Below are positions 50,728 to 62,600 of a stretch of 64,000 nucleotides of DNA, piece by piece. The notes under the pieces were generated by a model, which saw nothing but the letters and a program-made list of their open reading frames with translations, did no database searches and was not told where the DNA came from. The stretch comes from Phormidesmis sp. Lineage in GTDB: Bacteria > Cyanobacteriota > Cyanobacteriia > Leptolyngbyales > Leptolyngbyaceae. The translations under genes and the position numbers were made by a program. Location: the NCBI GenBank assembly GCA_965248535.1, contig CBDFJR010000002.1, forward strand, positions 704,001 through 768,000, in the 5' to 3' direction. Numbering within the stretch: the first letter of the stretch is position 1; each line of letters starts with the position of its first letter.

Positions 50728-53700
50728 ATGAAACCTCGTGACGTAAACAAGCAAAAACTTCTGGTTGTCGATGACGAGCCTGATAACTTAGACCTCCTCT
50801 ACCGCACGTTTCATCGAGAGTTTAAAGTTCTGCGGGCAGAAAACGGCCCTGCAGCGCTTGAAATTCTCTCAAAAGAAGGCGACGTGGCGGTGATCATCTC
50901 CGACCAGCGAATGCCGATGATGAGCGGCACCGAGTTTCTCAGTCTGACCGCAACACAATATCCCGACATTATTCGGATCATTCTCACCGGGTACACCGAC
51001 GTTGAAGATCTTGTCGAAGCGATTAACGCGGGCAAAGTTTTCAAATACGTCACAAAACCGTGGGATGACGAAGAGCTAAAGCGCGTCGTGCGTCAGGCAG
51101 CCGACACCCACAATGTGCTCAAAGCGAGAACTCAAGAGCTACGGCGCACCCTGCGGCGCGAGTCGCTGCTGAACGCGGTCACCAACACAATTCGCAGTGC
51201 CCTGAGCTATCGGCAAATTTTGCAAACGATCGTCGAAACTGTCGGCAGCATGTTTGAGGTGAGTTGCGGCATTCTGCGACCCTTTCAAGACGGGCAATTA
51301 GACACGGAAGGATTTGTCTATTGGCAAACCCCAAAAATGGCTGAGTTCGGCGCTCAAGATCTGCTCTTTCAAACGATTTGGAAGACTCATCAAGTTGAGG
51401 TGATTCAAGACGCAGCGATCGATGAGCTGATTCAGTCTCAAGGCTTGCCGCGTCAGCAGGCTTATCAAGCGGCCGACATTCGATCAAGTCTGATTGTGCC
51501 GCTAATTTGTCAACAAGAATTAATGGCGGTGCTGGCGCTGCATCAGTGCGGTGAGTCTCGTCAGTGGCAGCAAGATGAAGTCGAACTGATTAGCATGGTG
51601 GCCGATCAGGCGGCGCTGGCGCTGTCTCAGTCCTATGCCTATGAGCAGGTTCGCGCTTTGGCAAAACGGGAAGCGTTGATTAACACCATTACTACCGCCA
51701 TTCGATCGAGCCTTGACCCGCAGGAAATTTTTGCCGCTATCACTCAGCAGTTAGGACAAGCCCTTCACGTCGATGGCTGTGCGCTATCTTTGTGGACGGA
51801 GAACGATGAATTTGTGCAACTGGTGGGCTTACACGATTCCAACTGGCAGCCTAGCGAGGCAGTCGCCCCAAAAATCAGCGGGTTATTGCCTTTAGAGCGA
51901 TCGCTGCCCCGATCGGAGTCTCCGATCGAGGGCAACCCAGTGCTCAAGCAATTGCTGGCTTCTCAGCAGCCCGTGGTGCTTGAAGACTTATCTCAACACC
52001 CAGACATGCAGAGTGGCGACACGACGGTTCACGTCCCGGCTCGTGCGCTGCTGGTGGTGCCCCTGATCTCAGATGGCAAAATTATCGGCAGCATTTCTCT
52101 GCGCCAAAATCATCAGATTCGCCTCTGGAAGACCTCAGAGATTCAACTCGCGCAGTCTGTCGCTGCCCAGGCCGCGATCGCCGTTCAACAATCTCGTCTC
52201 TACCAAAAAACTCGCCACCAGGCCGAGCAACTTTTGGAACTCGATCGTCAAAAAACTGAGTTTTTCCAAAATATTTCCCACGAGTTTAGAACGCCGCTGA
52301 CGCTGATGGTTGGGCCGCTAGAGTCGGCAACGGCGCAACAAGAGGGGTTGACTTATGAGGAAGCCGCGATCGCGCTGCGAAACTCTCGGCGATTGCTGCG
52401 GCTGGTCAATCAGATTCTCGACCTGCAACGGCTCGATGCTGGACGGATGCAGCCTAGTTTTCGCCCTTGCAATCTCGAAGGGGTGATCAGCCAAGTGGTT
52501 GATTCCTTCCGTCCCTACTGCGAGAAAAAGGGGCTGACCTTGCTGACTCAACTCAGTTCCTGCCCTCTGACTTATTTGGATCTAGAAAAATTTGACAAGG
52601 TTCTCTACAACCTGTTGTCTAATGCGATGAAGTTTACGGCAGCAGGCAAGCAAATCACGATCGTGGCCCGGTCAGAAGGCGACCACTGTCTGCTGCAAGT
52701 TATTGATACCGGAATCGGCATTCTGCCTGACCAAATTCCCTATTTATTTGAGCGCTTTAGGCAGGCTGAGGGGTCAGCTAATCGCAGCTATGAAGGCACC
52801 GGGTTAGGACTCTCCCTCGTCAAAGAACTTGTCGAACTGCACAAAGGGCAAATCACCGTCGAGTCAGTTTATGGCGAAGGCACAACTTTTAGCATCTGGC
52901 TGCAAAGCGGTAGAGCGCATCTACCGTTAGAACAGGTGACTGAAGATCAGGCAGAACTGCAATCAAGCCGTGCGGCAGTTGAGCTAGCAGGTTTAGAAAT
53001 ATCCCTTCAAGAAGATTCAGACTCTGCAAATCTGACGGCTGGTTTAGAAGACTCAATTCAAAATTCAAAATTCAAAATTCAGGAGTCTGACGCATCTCCG
53101 ATTCTCGTGGTGGATGATAATGCTGACCTGCGATCGTATGTGTCGGGCATTTTGCGAAAGCAGGGCTATCAAGTCTGGACTGCCCGCAATGGGGCTGAAG
53201 GCTTTCAGGTGGCGCAAAATCGTCGCCCTCATTTGATCGTGACTGATTTGATGATGCCGATCGTGTCAGGGCTTGACCTGATCCAAATGATTCGTCAAGA
53301 TGAGGATCTCAAGGGCATTCCGGTAGTTTTGCTGACGGCCAAAGCCGATGAAGAGACTCGCATCGAAGGGGCTGAACTGGGGGCCGATGCCTATTTGTCA
53401 AAGCCGTTTAACGATCGTGAGCTTTTGGCAGAAGTGCGGAATCTGCTGGCGCTCAAAGCCAATGAGCAGCGAGTGGCGCAACTCAACACCTATTTAACCG
53501 AGTCGGTGCTGAAGCGATTTTTGCCGCCCGCTCTGGTGCAACGAGCCGCCAAAGGTGAACTGCTGCTCGATCTCCGCCCAGAACCTCGGATGATCACGGT
53601 TTTATTTAGCGATATTGTCGGGTTTACTCAGCTTTCTAACACCTTGCGATCGCGCCGCGTCGCGGAGTTGCTCAACGAATATCTGGCCAGCATGACCCGC

Positions 53701-54165
53701 GCTGTGTTTGAGAACGGCGGCACGGTGGACAAGTTTATGGGCGATGCGATTTTGGCCATCTTTGGGGCACCCGAAGAATTGACTCCCAATGAGCAAGTCA
53801 GACGGGCGATCGCGGCTGCCCGTCAGATGTATCGATCGCTGGATGAACTAAACGATCGCTGGCAGGCTCAAGGCATTAGTCGGGTGCAGTTTCGCTGCGG
53901 CATTCATCAAGGAACGGCCGTCGTGGGGATGTTTGGCGGCGAAGAACGAGCTGACTACACGGCGATCGGCCCCAGTGTGAATATTGCCTCTCGCATTCAG
54001 GCGGCCGCAGAGCCAAACTGCATTCTCGTGTCTGCGGCGGTTGCTGACTATCTCGACGAAGATGTGATTACCAAAGTCAGCCCGCTAGAACTCAAAGGCG
54101 TAGATGAGACAGTCTTGACGTTTTCAGTCAATCCTTATTTAGAGGTGCCTTGCAAGCGACCATAG
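50728..54165 (+). CDS. cyaC: Hybrid histidine kinase-adenylate cyclase (REC-GAF-GAF-HisKA-HATPase-REC-class III cyclase)
   Basis: VVDD/ISDQRMP, SHEFRTPL, NLLSNAMK, GTGLGL, LFSDIVGFT, DKFMGDA and VNIASR motifs. Confidence 0.92.
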   Translation: MKPRDVNKQKLLVVDDEPDNLDLLYRTFHREFKVLRAENGPAALEILSKEGDVAVIISDQRMPMMSGTEFLSLTATQYPDIIRIILTGYTDVEDLVEAINAGKVFKYVTKPWDDEELKRVVRQAADTHNVLKARTQELRRTLRRESLLNAVTNTIRSALSYRQILQTIVETVGSMFEVSCGILRPFQDGQLDTEGFVYWQTPKMAEFGAQDLLFQTIWKTHQVEVIQDAAIDELIQSQGLPRQQAYQAADIRSSLIVPLICQQELMAVLALHQCGESRQWQQDEVELISMVADQAALALSQSYAYEQVRALAKREALINTITTAIRSSLDPQEIFAAITQQLGQALHVDGCALSLWTENDEFVQLVGLHDSNWQPSEAVAPKISGLLPLERSLPRSESPIEGNPVLKQLLASQQPVVLEDLSQHPDMQSGDTTVHVPARALLVVPLISDGKIIGSISLRQNHQIRLWKTSEIQLAQSVAAQAAIAVQQSRLYQKTRHQAEQLLELDRQKTEFFQNISHEFRTPLTLMVGPLESATAQQEGLTYEEAAIALRNSRRLLRLVNQILDLQRLDAGRMQPSFRPCNLEGVISQVVDSFRPYCEKKGLTLLTQLSSCPLTYLDLEKFDKVLYNLLSNAMKFTAAGKQITIVARSEGDHCLLQVIDTGIGILPDQIPYLFERFRQAEGSANRSYEGTGLGLSLVKELVELHKGQITVESVYGEGTTFSIWLQSGRAHLPLEQVTEDQAELQSSRAAVELAGLEISLQEDSDSANLTAGLEDSIQNSKFKIQESDASPILVVDDNADLRSYVSGILRKQGYQVWTARNGAEGFQVAQNRRPHLIVTDLMMPIVSGLDLIQMIRQDEDLKGIPVVLLTAKADEETRIEGAELGADAYLSKPFNDRELLAEVRNLLALKANEQRVAQLNTYLTESVLKRFLPPALVQRAAKGELLLDLRPEPRMITVLFSDIVGFTQLSNTLRSRRVAELLNEYLASMTRAVFENGGTVDKFMGDAILAIFGAPEELTPNEQVRRAIAAARQMYRSLDELNDRWQAQGISRVQFRCGIHQGTAVVGMFGGEERADYTAIGPSVNIASRIQAAAEPNCILVSAAVADYLDEDVITKVSPLELKGVDETVLTFSVNPYLEVPCKRP
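53055..53082 (+). repeat. Heptamer STRR (AATTCAA)x4 in the cyaC linker
   Basis: aattcaa aattcaa aattcaa aattcag, encoding IQNSKFKIQ. Confidence 0.8.
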
Positions 54166-54274
54166 TTTGGGGATCGCCAGCAACCTGACCCTGTTTCTCA
54201 AATCGTTACGACCCTTCAGAAATGTCAACCAGCGACTAAGATGAGGTTGACGCTAAGTTTCTAAGTGGTGGACG

Positions 54275-55351
54275 ATGAACCCGGCGACTGATTTTCGGTC
54301 TGGGAGCGATCGGCGACACAGCGATCCCCCCAATCTCTGGCTTGCGGTGTTGGCAGGCTCACTGATAGTGCATTTGTTGCTGTTGCTGTCAGGACGCTTG
54401 TTTTTAGTTCGCACCCCTAATCAAAAATCTGCGGGGGTAGCGGCCCCGATCGAGCTAGTCGATATTCCTGCAAAGTCTTCTAGTCAAGCGACGCAAACCA
54501 CTCGGTCAGCCGCTCCTAAGGTGATCACAGAGTCTACAGCTTCTCAAGGTGCCGTCAGTTCTGAAACGACCTCTCAAAGCAGTGCGCCGATTCAGCCTGC
54601 GGTCATCCCCAAAACCACCCAAAATCCGGTGCGATCGGCTCCCCAAACGCCTCAGGCACCGCCCAAGCCCGATCCTATAAAACAACCTGCGCCTAAACCC
54701 ATTCGTGAGCAGAAGCCAAACCCTCAGGCTACAGTTACGCCTAGTCCCCTAGCTTCGTCTCAACCCAGCCCCTCGCCGATCGCTACACCTAGTCCCCTAG
54801 CTTCGTCTCAGCCCAATCCCTCTCAGCCTGCGACTCCTGACCCTTCGGAGTCGGAAAAACCCCCGGTTTCGTCAGGGAATCCTCTATCAAAACCGTCGGT
54901 TCCGGGTGGGGCAGGGTCTGACTCAAGCGCACCAAATTCTAAGCCTCAAGCGCCTGATCAGCCCTTGGGATCTGTTGCAGTAGGTGAGCAACGAGGCAGC
55001 GGTAGCGGCGTGCAAGTGGCTTTGTCAAATCCTCAGTTAGGAGATGATAGCAGAACGGTGCCTGATCAGCCTGCTCGACCGACGGCGTTGAGGCAGTCAA
55101 TGCCTGAGGCGAACTATCCATCAGCGATCGGGCTAAATTTTGGGCAGAGTGTTCGCCTGAGGGTGTTGGTGAAAAACACGGGTAAGCTCGACCCATTGGC
55201 GATCACGGTGTTAGAAGGCAGTCGCTCGATCGAGTATGACAATCTAGCGATCGAGTTAGTCAAGCAGTGGGCATTTGATCCGGCGCTGCAAGCTGGGAAG
55301 CCCGTTAACTCGCTTCTAGATATTTCTGTGCGGCTAGATGCTCTGCGGTAG
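54275..55351 (+). CDS. TonB-family protein
   Basis: SLIVH TM motif, Pro-rich spacer with a 48-bp duplication (TPSPLASSQP x2), and C-domain YP...VRLRVLV..G...WAFDPA. Confidence 0.78.
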   Translation: MNPATDFRSGSDRRHSDPPNLWLAVLAGSLIVHLLLLLSGRLFLVRTPNQKSAGVAAPIELVDIPAKSSSQATQTTRSAAPKVITESTASQGAVSSETTSQSSAPIQPAVIPKTTQNPVRSAPQTPQAPPKPDPIKQPAPKPIREQKPNPQATVTPSPLASSQPSPSPIATPSPLASSQPNPSQPATPDPSESEKPPVSSGNPLSKPSVPGGAGSDSSAPNSKPQAPDQPLGSVAVGEQRGSGSGVQVALSNPQLGDDSRTVPDQPARPTALRQSMPEANYPSAIGLNFGQSVRLRVLVKNTGKLDPLAITVLEGSRSIEYDNLAIELVKQWAFDPALQAGKPVNSLLDISVRLDALR

Positions 55352-55442
55352 GGCACATTGACCTCTAGAAATTTGTGGGCAAACGGTGCAAAGATTGTGT
55401 TATTGTTAAGAGCGCTTGAACCAAGTCAAGCTATCTAGAAAT

Positions 55443-55513
55443 GCGGGTGTAGTTTAGTGGTAAAACCTTAGCCTTCCAAGCTAATGATGCGAGTTCGATT
55501 CTCGCCACCCGCT
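55443..55513 (+). tRNA. tRNA-Gly(TCC)
   Basis: GCGGGTGTAGTTTAGTGG...TTAGC-CT-TCC-AA-GCTAA...GTTCGATT...ACCCGCT; CCA not encoded. Confidence 0.97.
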
Positions 55514-55722
55514 TTTTATATTTTTTAAGCCTATGTGTTTAAATTCTCTGCTGTGAACAATGTGATGAGTTGAGGAATTGCAATCTCAATCACAGGTTTT
55601 CTATAAGTCGTTAATTTTTTGTTTAAAGCACTGCTCAAGAATGATTAGAGCCAATGTTATCACTGTTAATGCGTTTAGTATAAATAATCTCTATCGCTAG
55701 CAATCAATAACTGACTAAAAAT

Positions 55723-56136
55723 TCATTCTAAAACTGGTTTTCTTAGAGACTTGATCTCTCCTCGCTTGGTTTTACGATCGAGCCGTCGTTTTTGAGAACC
55801 TCGACTGGGTTTAGTTGGTCTGCGAAGGCGGGGCACCACCACGGACTGTCTAATTAACGCTTGCAGTCGGCTTAACGCTTCCTCGCGGTTTTGCTCTTGG
55901 CTGCGGTGTTCTTGGGCTTTGATCACAATGACCCCATCTTGAGTAATGCGGTGATCGCTCAGGTTGAGCAGCGCTTGCTTATAGCGATCGGGCAGCGAAG
56001 ACTCCTGAATATCAAACCGTAAGTGAATCGCAGTAGAAACCTTATTGACGTTTTGACCGCCTGCACCCTGCGATCGGATTGCGGTCATCTCAATCTCGCT
56101 GAAAGGAATGGTGACGTGATTAGAAATTTGTAGCAT
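55723..56136 (-). CDS. arfB: Alternative ribosome-rescue peptidyl-tRNA hydrolase
   Basis: RSQGAGGQNVNKV, RSQEQNR and basic tail RRPTKP. Confidence 0.96.
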   Translation of the reverse strand: MLQISNHVTIPFSEIEMTAIRSQGAGGQNVNKVSTAIHLRFDIQESSLPDRYKQALLNLSDHRITQDGVIVIKAQEHRSQEQNREEALSRLQALIRQSVVVPRLRRPTKPSRGSQKRRLDRKTKRGEIKSLRKPVLE

Positions 56137-56686
56137 ATCTTAATCATACAAAAAAGGAAACCGAACTCTAAATAGATGGCTGCGGGTTAGCGTTGATACT
56201 TTGCTGCATGGTTTCCTTCATAAATATCTAGAGTAAGCGGCTTGAGTCACTCCAGCGCTTATGTAAAAAAACTTATAATTTTGACAAAGGGTAATGCAGT
56301 AGGCTAGCTTTGTTAAGTGTTTTTCCGGTATGCAATTAGACTTTAAGCAAGATGAGTTAACTTCTTGAAGCTTAGATGCCTCCCAACGCTCCGACAACTT
56401 CCCTGCCCGACGCTTGAGTTTCTTTGATAAAGCAGTCTTAGTTTCTGTCAAAGTCACTATTTAAGTGTGTGCTTCGTGCTCTTCTATACAAGAGAGTGAA
56501 AGTAGCCGATCGGGTAATAGTTTCGCTGGTTTAGGTCGAGTTAATTTAACCGTTAATCACCCATTAGGCATCGCCTCGTCTTGCTTTGAGATAAGGCGAA
56601 CGTAGTCCGATGGCTTATTTTGTTGCCTCTAACGCCCCCTAGAGGTGGTTTCGTTGCCCGTGCTCTTCGCGTAAGGATAGAGAATC

Positions 56687-59600
56687 ATGGAATCCGCTCA
56701 ACTGAATTCTGACTTGTCACGATCGCCCCTACAACCCGCTTTTCCAACTCTTCAGTCAGATCTTGAACGTGCGGTTGGAAGCATCGGAGCAAATAAGGGG
56801 GCACCTCAGTCGCAGGAAACCCCCTTATTGGTCAGTCAGATTGCAGCGACTCCGGCGAGTGTCCAGCTTTTTGATTTAACCAGCAATACGGTGACATTCA
56901 CGGGCAGCAACGCCGCAAATGAACTGTACTTAAAGATTGATACCAGTCAACTTTTAGAGTTCAGTATTGATGGAAAAAATTTCTCCAAGCTCGAAGGACT
57001 GCATCTGTCAGCCTCCACAAAAATCACGGTTGATCTGGGTGCAGGCAATGATTCTCTGTTCTTAGATGCTTCTCTAACCAATGCCCTCAAGGGTTTGGGC
57101 GGTAAGCTGATCTTTGCAGGCGGCGATGGAAATGACACCCTGTTTGGGTCGAGTGCAGACACAGTTTGGAACATTACAGGCAACAATGCTGGGAATATTG
57201 ACAACGCGATCGAGTTCAGCGGCGTTGAAAATCTCACAGGGGCAGCCAACAACAAAGACACGTTTGTATTAGCTCCAGGAGGCAGCTTAAGCGGTTTAGT
57301 CGATGGTGGAGCCGGGGGGTTTGATAGCTTTGTAGCGCAGGGAGGCCAATACAATTCGCTGACCCTTGTCTGGACGGGTTCTGATTCAGGAAAGATTGTC
57401 CTTGATAATAACTCGATTCGCTATGCCGGGCTTGAGCCTATCAACATCAGTCCGGGAAGCACGCTACAAAATGTCACGATCGATCTAAGTCTTCTCGATG
57501 TGCAGAGCGTTGATCAAAGTGGAACTTCGGTTCTGTTTCCGTCGGTCGATCGGGCCATTCTTGAGGCAGACACGGCGGGCAAACTCAGGTTTTCAGGAAC
57601 GCACACCGTTTCAAATCTGATTGTCGATCAACCGTTTGAAGCCGCAATCTTCAACAATCCTAGCCAATCTCTAACGATTAAACTTGGGTTTGGGAATGAC
57701 CAACTCGATATTAAATCTCTAGATCCGGCTTTTGCTGCGGCTCTCAATATTCAAGGCGGCGATGGCAACGACACGGTGAACCTCACAGGCACCATCAATT
57801 TTGCTGCCCCCCTCACAATTGATGGCGAGAAGGGGAACGATACCGTCAATATTACGGGCAGTGTCACCCTACCCGGTCAAACTGCCAACATCACAGCGGA
57901 AACCATCAAGCTCGGCGGCACTCTGTCAACAAGTGCCACGACGAAGGCAGGCGATATTAAACTCAATGGCTATAACATCACCTTAGATGCGGGTGCCCAG
58001 CTTTTGGCAAAGGGCGCAACTGCCGGAAAAATTGATATTTCAGCGATCGACACCACCGCAATCTTTACACCTTTAATCAATTACGATAGCTCTAGCGTTG
58101 ACTTTACGATTAATAGCGGGGCCAAGATTGAGGGCGGAGATGTCACGATTCTAGCGACTGCTAATAGTCAACACATTCTCGACTCACAAACCATTGTTGA
58201 ACAAGGCCTCGACACCGTTGCCAAAGTCATTGAAGGACTGACCCAAATCGGTGCGGGTGCCTCGATTGCTAAGGCAACGGCCCATATCAACATCAATGCG
58301 GGTTCACAGATTAGTGCTAACAATTTCATTGCCTACGCCAGCACGATCGCTTATGCTTCGACGGCACCGATTACCTTCATGGTTGGCCCAGCGTTAGGCA
58401 TTGCGATCACTGACTCGACTGTTACAGTCGCGGGGACGGTGACTGCAACTGGAGATGCCACGATTCGATCGACCGCCGATCACACCTTGGATGTCGTATC
58501 TGACACGAGTGGACTTGCCGGAATTGCAGGTTCAATAGCGGTGAGCGTCGTCGATTCTAAAGCGATCGCTAACGTGACTGACCAAGCGAACTTAACGATC
58601 GGGGGCAATCTCTTTGTTCAGGGAGATACGGTCGATCGCAATCGCACCCTAGCCCGCTCAACGGCTGGCAAAGATGGCAACGTCGGTGTCGCGATTTCAG
58701 TCAACGTCGAGAACGGTGAAACTAGTGCTTTCTTAGATGGCACCGCTGCTGTAGCGGGCAATATTGTCGTCAATGCTACTCAGAAAAAAGAGTCACTTCC
58801 GGTCAAAAAACTCTTTATCTTGCCAGCGTTTGGCGACGGCATCTCCGCTAGCGCCGGGGTTGGCAGCAATTCAAAGGGCGACTTTTTAGACGACCAAAAA
58901 GCGGCGGCGATTTCTAAAGTCATCACTCCAATCAAAAACTATGCGACCAAGAAGTGGACTGAGTTTCGCAACAAGACCCCAGAGACGGCAGGCAACACCA
59001 ATGACCCCGGCATCGATGTAGCGGCAGCTTTTGCGATCGTGGTAGACAACAACACTGCAACCGCCCGCATTGGCGATGGCAACCCAACCGATCATGGGGG
59101 CAAAAAAGCTATTGTCACGGCTGACGGCACCATTAGCGTCACCGCCAAGATTGAGAATGTCCCCAACATTTCCGCCAGTTCCGCCGCTAAAAAGAACCCA
59201 GAGGCGACAGCCGAGAGCGGTGCCAATAAATTTGCAGGGTCGCTAGCGGTAGCGATCGGGGTTTATAACAATAATGCCCAAGCCTACATCAACTCTGATG
59301 CCGAAGTGGATGCCAAGAAAGCGCTCACTGTTCAAGCGCAGGCGCTCAATGACTATCAGCTAAAGTTTGGTGTCAATTTAGTCAGTCCTTTCTTGCAGCA
59401 GGCGACTTTTAGCACCGATGATGGCGCAAAACTGGTCAAAAATGGTGACATTGTTGAAGTGCGGGGCGGCCACGTTGGCAATGGCGACACAGGCACCTGG
59501 TATAAATACATCGGCGCGGTTCCTCAGAGGACGATCGACCTCAAAAATGAAGACTTTAGCAGCACAAACAACTGGGAAAGTCTCGGAAATGCGGTGGCCT

Positions 59601-62600
59601 ATATTAGTAAAAACTTTGTCGGCAATCTAACGGGTTATTTGAACAGTAACCTTGGCACTAAGAGCCTCGCTAACTCTTGGAGTCAAGCCACTGCTGAGGG
59701 CGATAAGCTATCCGTGGCGGGCGCTGTGACATTTTTAGATCTCCAGCACACTGCTGAAGCAACTATTAAAAATGGGGCCCGGATCAATCAAAATCGCACG
59801 GACTATTACACGGCTGGCACTCAAGCAGTGGTGGTTGACGCTAAAAGCATCAATGAAGGCGTTCATCTAGGCGGCAACCTCAAGCTACCGGGCATTAAGG
59901 GCGATATCACAGACTTCAAGTTCGATCCGCAGACTTCTTTTGCCCTCGGCTCAACAACAGCAGACGGAAAAGGAGGAAGCGGCGTTGGGTTCACCTTCTT
60001 GATGACTAGCTACAGCAACACGGTGACGGCGAAGATCGAAAACGGAGTTCGGCTCAAGGCAGACAGCCTCACGGTGAATGCAGAAACCTTGGGCATGAGC
60101 ATCACCGTCGGGGCATCAGGCGGAGAGTCTGATAACATCGCCTTTAATGGTGCGTTCTTGGTCAACCTCACGAACAATAAGACTCGCGCTCAAATTGACC
60201 AAGGCGCAATCATTAATGTGGGTGCTCTTGCCCTAACTAATCCCAATGCCCAAGGCAGTTCTGTGTGGGTCAACGCAACAGACACCACCTATGTGATTGA
60301 TGTTGCGGGCGGCGTTGCGCTCTCTGATCACGTTGGCATTGGTGCCACAGCCGCCATTAATATTATCAATCGTCAGACAGAGGCTGTGATTGGCAGCCAG
60401 GTTGGCGATAACTCTTTGGGGGTGCGTGGCTCGTTTACGGCGGGGGGCGCTGTTCTCGTCAATGCTAAAAATGATGGCTTTGTGGGTGCCTTTGCGGTGT
60501 CAGGGTCAAAAACCTCCAGCAATTCGGCAACCGCTCCCCAAGGGGCAACAGGGCTAAGAAAAAGTGATGGCAGCGGCTCGGTGGATGACCCTGGTAAGTT
60601 GCCCAACAACCAGAAGAACTTTGATTCTGTGATTGCAGAACTGAAGAACAATCCTAAGTTTCAGCAAGCCGCCAACGATACAAACGCGGTGGGTGCTAAC
60701 AAAGGCAAGGCAGGAATTTCGATTTCTGGTGCAGTTGCCCTGAATATTCTGGATGACAACGCTCGTGCCTATGTTCGGAACAGTGGCATTCTAACCGTCA
60801 ACGCTGGATCACTCGTTCTCTCTTCTGCCAACACTACTTCAGTCGGATCGCTGGCAGGTGCGGTAGCGATCGCGCTAGGCAACGGCAAAAATACGGCGGC
60901 TGGAATTGCTGGAGCAGTAGGTCTTAACTTTGTCACGGGCACCACAGATGCGTTTGTAGACGGTGCCACCTCCCTGAACACAAAGGGATTGACCCTAGAT
61001 GCGAAGCGGGCAGGCTATATCGTCTCACTGACCGCAGGTGTAGCAGGGGCAACGGGTAAAACGGGCATCGCCATTGGTGGCTCAGTCGGGGTAACGCGAA
61101 CTACCAACACGACTGAAACGGGACTGCGGAACACAACGGGTGTGGTCAGCGGTGCGGTTAGCCTGAATGCCAGTGACGACACAAATATCATTCTGGTTGC
61201 GGGTTCTGGAGCTTTTGGCGGCAAGGCAGGGGTTGGGGCGGCGGTTTCGTTTAGCAGTATTGAGAACAATGTCTTCTCAACCGTTTCAGGAGTGGCTAAC
61301 TTTAAACACACGGGCAACTTTGATGTCAAGGCGACTGCGGATGGGGACATCATTGCTGTGACGGGGGGAGCGGCGGTGTCTACAGGAGGCGGTGGAGATG
61401 GCGGGTTTGGGGCAGCCGGGACGCTTTCGGTTAACCTGATCAGCAGCACCGTTGAAGCCAAGATTCTCAATAGCACCACAACGATCGACTCGACGGGCAA
61501 TTTGACGCTGCTGGCAAAAGATAATTCTGCGATCTTTTCCTTTGCGGGTGCTTTTGGCGCAGGTAAAACGGCTGGAATCGGGGCGGCTCTGGCGCTAAAC
61601 TTCCTCAACAACAAAACCCGCGCCGTGATTGAAGCTTCGACGTTAAGAACAACGGGTGCCTTGAGCGCGATCGCGACCGAGACTGGCAAGGTGGTCACGG
61701 TTTCAGTCGGCGGTGCCGGGGCAGATAAATTTGCGGTGGCGGGGGGCATTGCCGTCAACAAATTGACCAACACGATCGAGGCTCGCGTTTCAGCAGGCAG
61801 TGACATTTTGGTAGGGGGCGCTGTTCTCTTGTCTGCCAAAGATGATGAGACCAGTGTGGCGATCGCTGGAGGCGGAGCAGGGTCTGGAAAAGCTGCCTTG
61901 GGCGCAAGTGTAGGTGCCAACCTGATCGAAAACACGACTATTGCTCAGATTGATGACGCTAAACTGATTTCCACAGGCTCCACGCTGGATGTGCTGGCTC
62001 AGGCAGATCAAGTTCTAGTAAGTGTGGGCATCGGCGGTGCGGGAGCCGGAAACTACGCTTTGGGCGGTTCGATTTCGGTGAATGAGATCAAAAATACCGT
62101 GCAGGCTTCTATCTCAGACAACAATGGGGCAGCCGGAGTTGCCACAACTGTTAGCGCAGCAGGGAATGTTAACCTGCGCGCCAGCGATAACTCGACCCTA
62201 GTTGTGGTAGCGGGGGCCGGGGCTGGAGCTGGTACGGCGGCAGTAGGGGCAGCGATCGCCACCGCCCAAGTGCAAAACACAGTCAAAGCGTTTATTGACG
62301 GCTCAAAGGTGACTTCAACCAATGGCGGCATCAATGTGCTGGCTGGGTTTGAACCACCACAAACGGCGGCTGATCTGACCGCGATCGGCATCGGCACTAG
62401 CGATGTGCCCTTACCGAAAACCAATGGTAAGCAGATTGTCAATGTCACCGTCGGTGGGGCGGGGGCGCAGACCTTTGCGGCGGGGGCAGCCATCTCGCTG
62501 AATTGGATTCGCAACGATGTAGAGGTTTACATCCGCAACGCAGACGTTAACGCGAACAGTGACGTGACGGTTGCGGCTAGCGATAACCCTGAAATTGACA

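Noticed and set aside
50437..50731. Small ORFs upstream of cyaC
   Set aside because: TTG starts and no recognisable motifs; more likely promoter or leader DNA.
55514..56686. Integrative island at tRNA-Gly
   Set aside because: The AT-rich flank is suggestive, but there is no integrase and no duplicated tRNA 3' end in the window.
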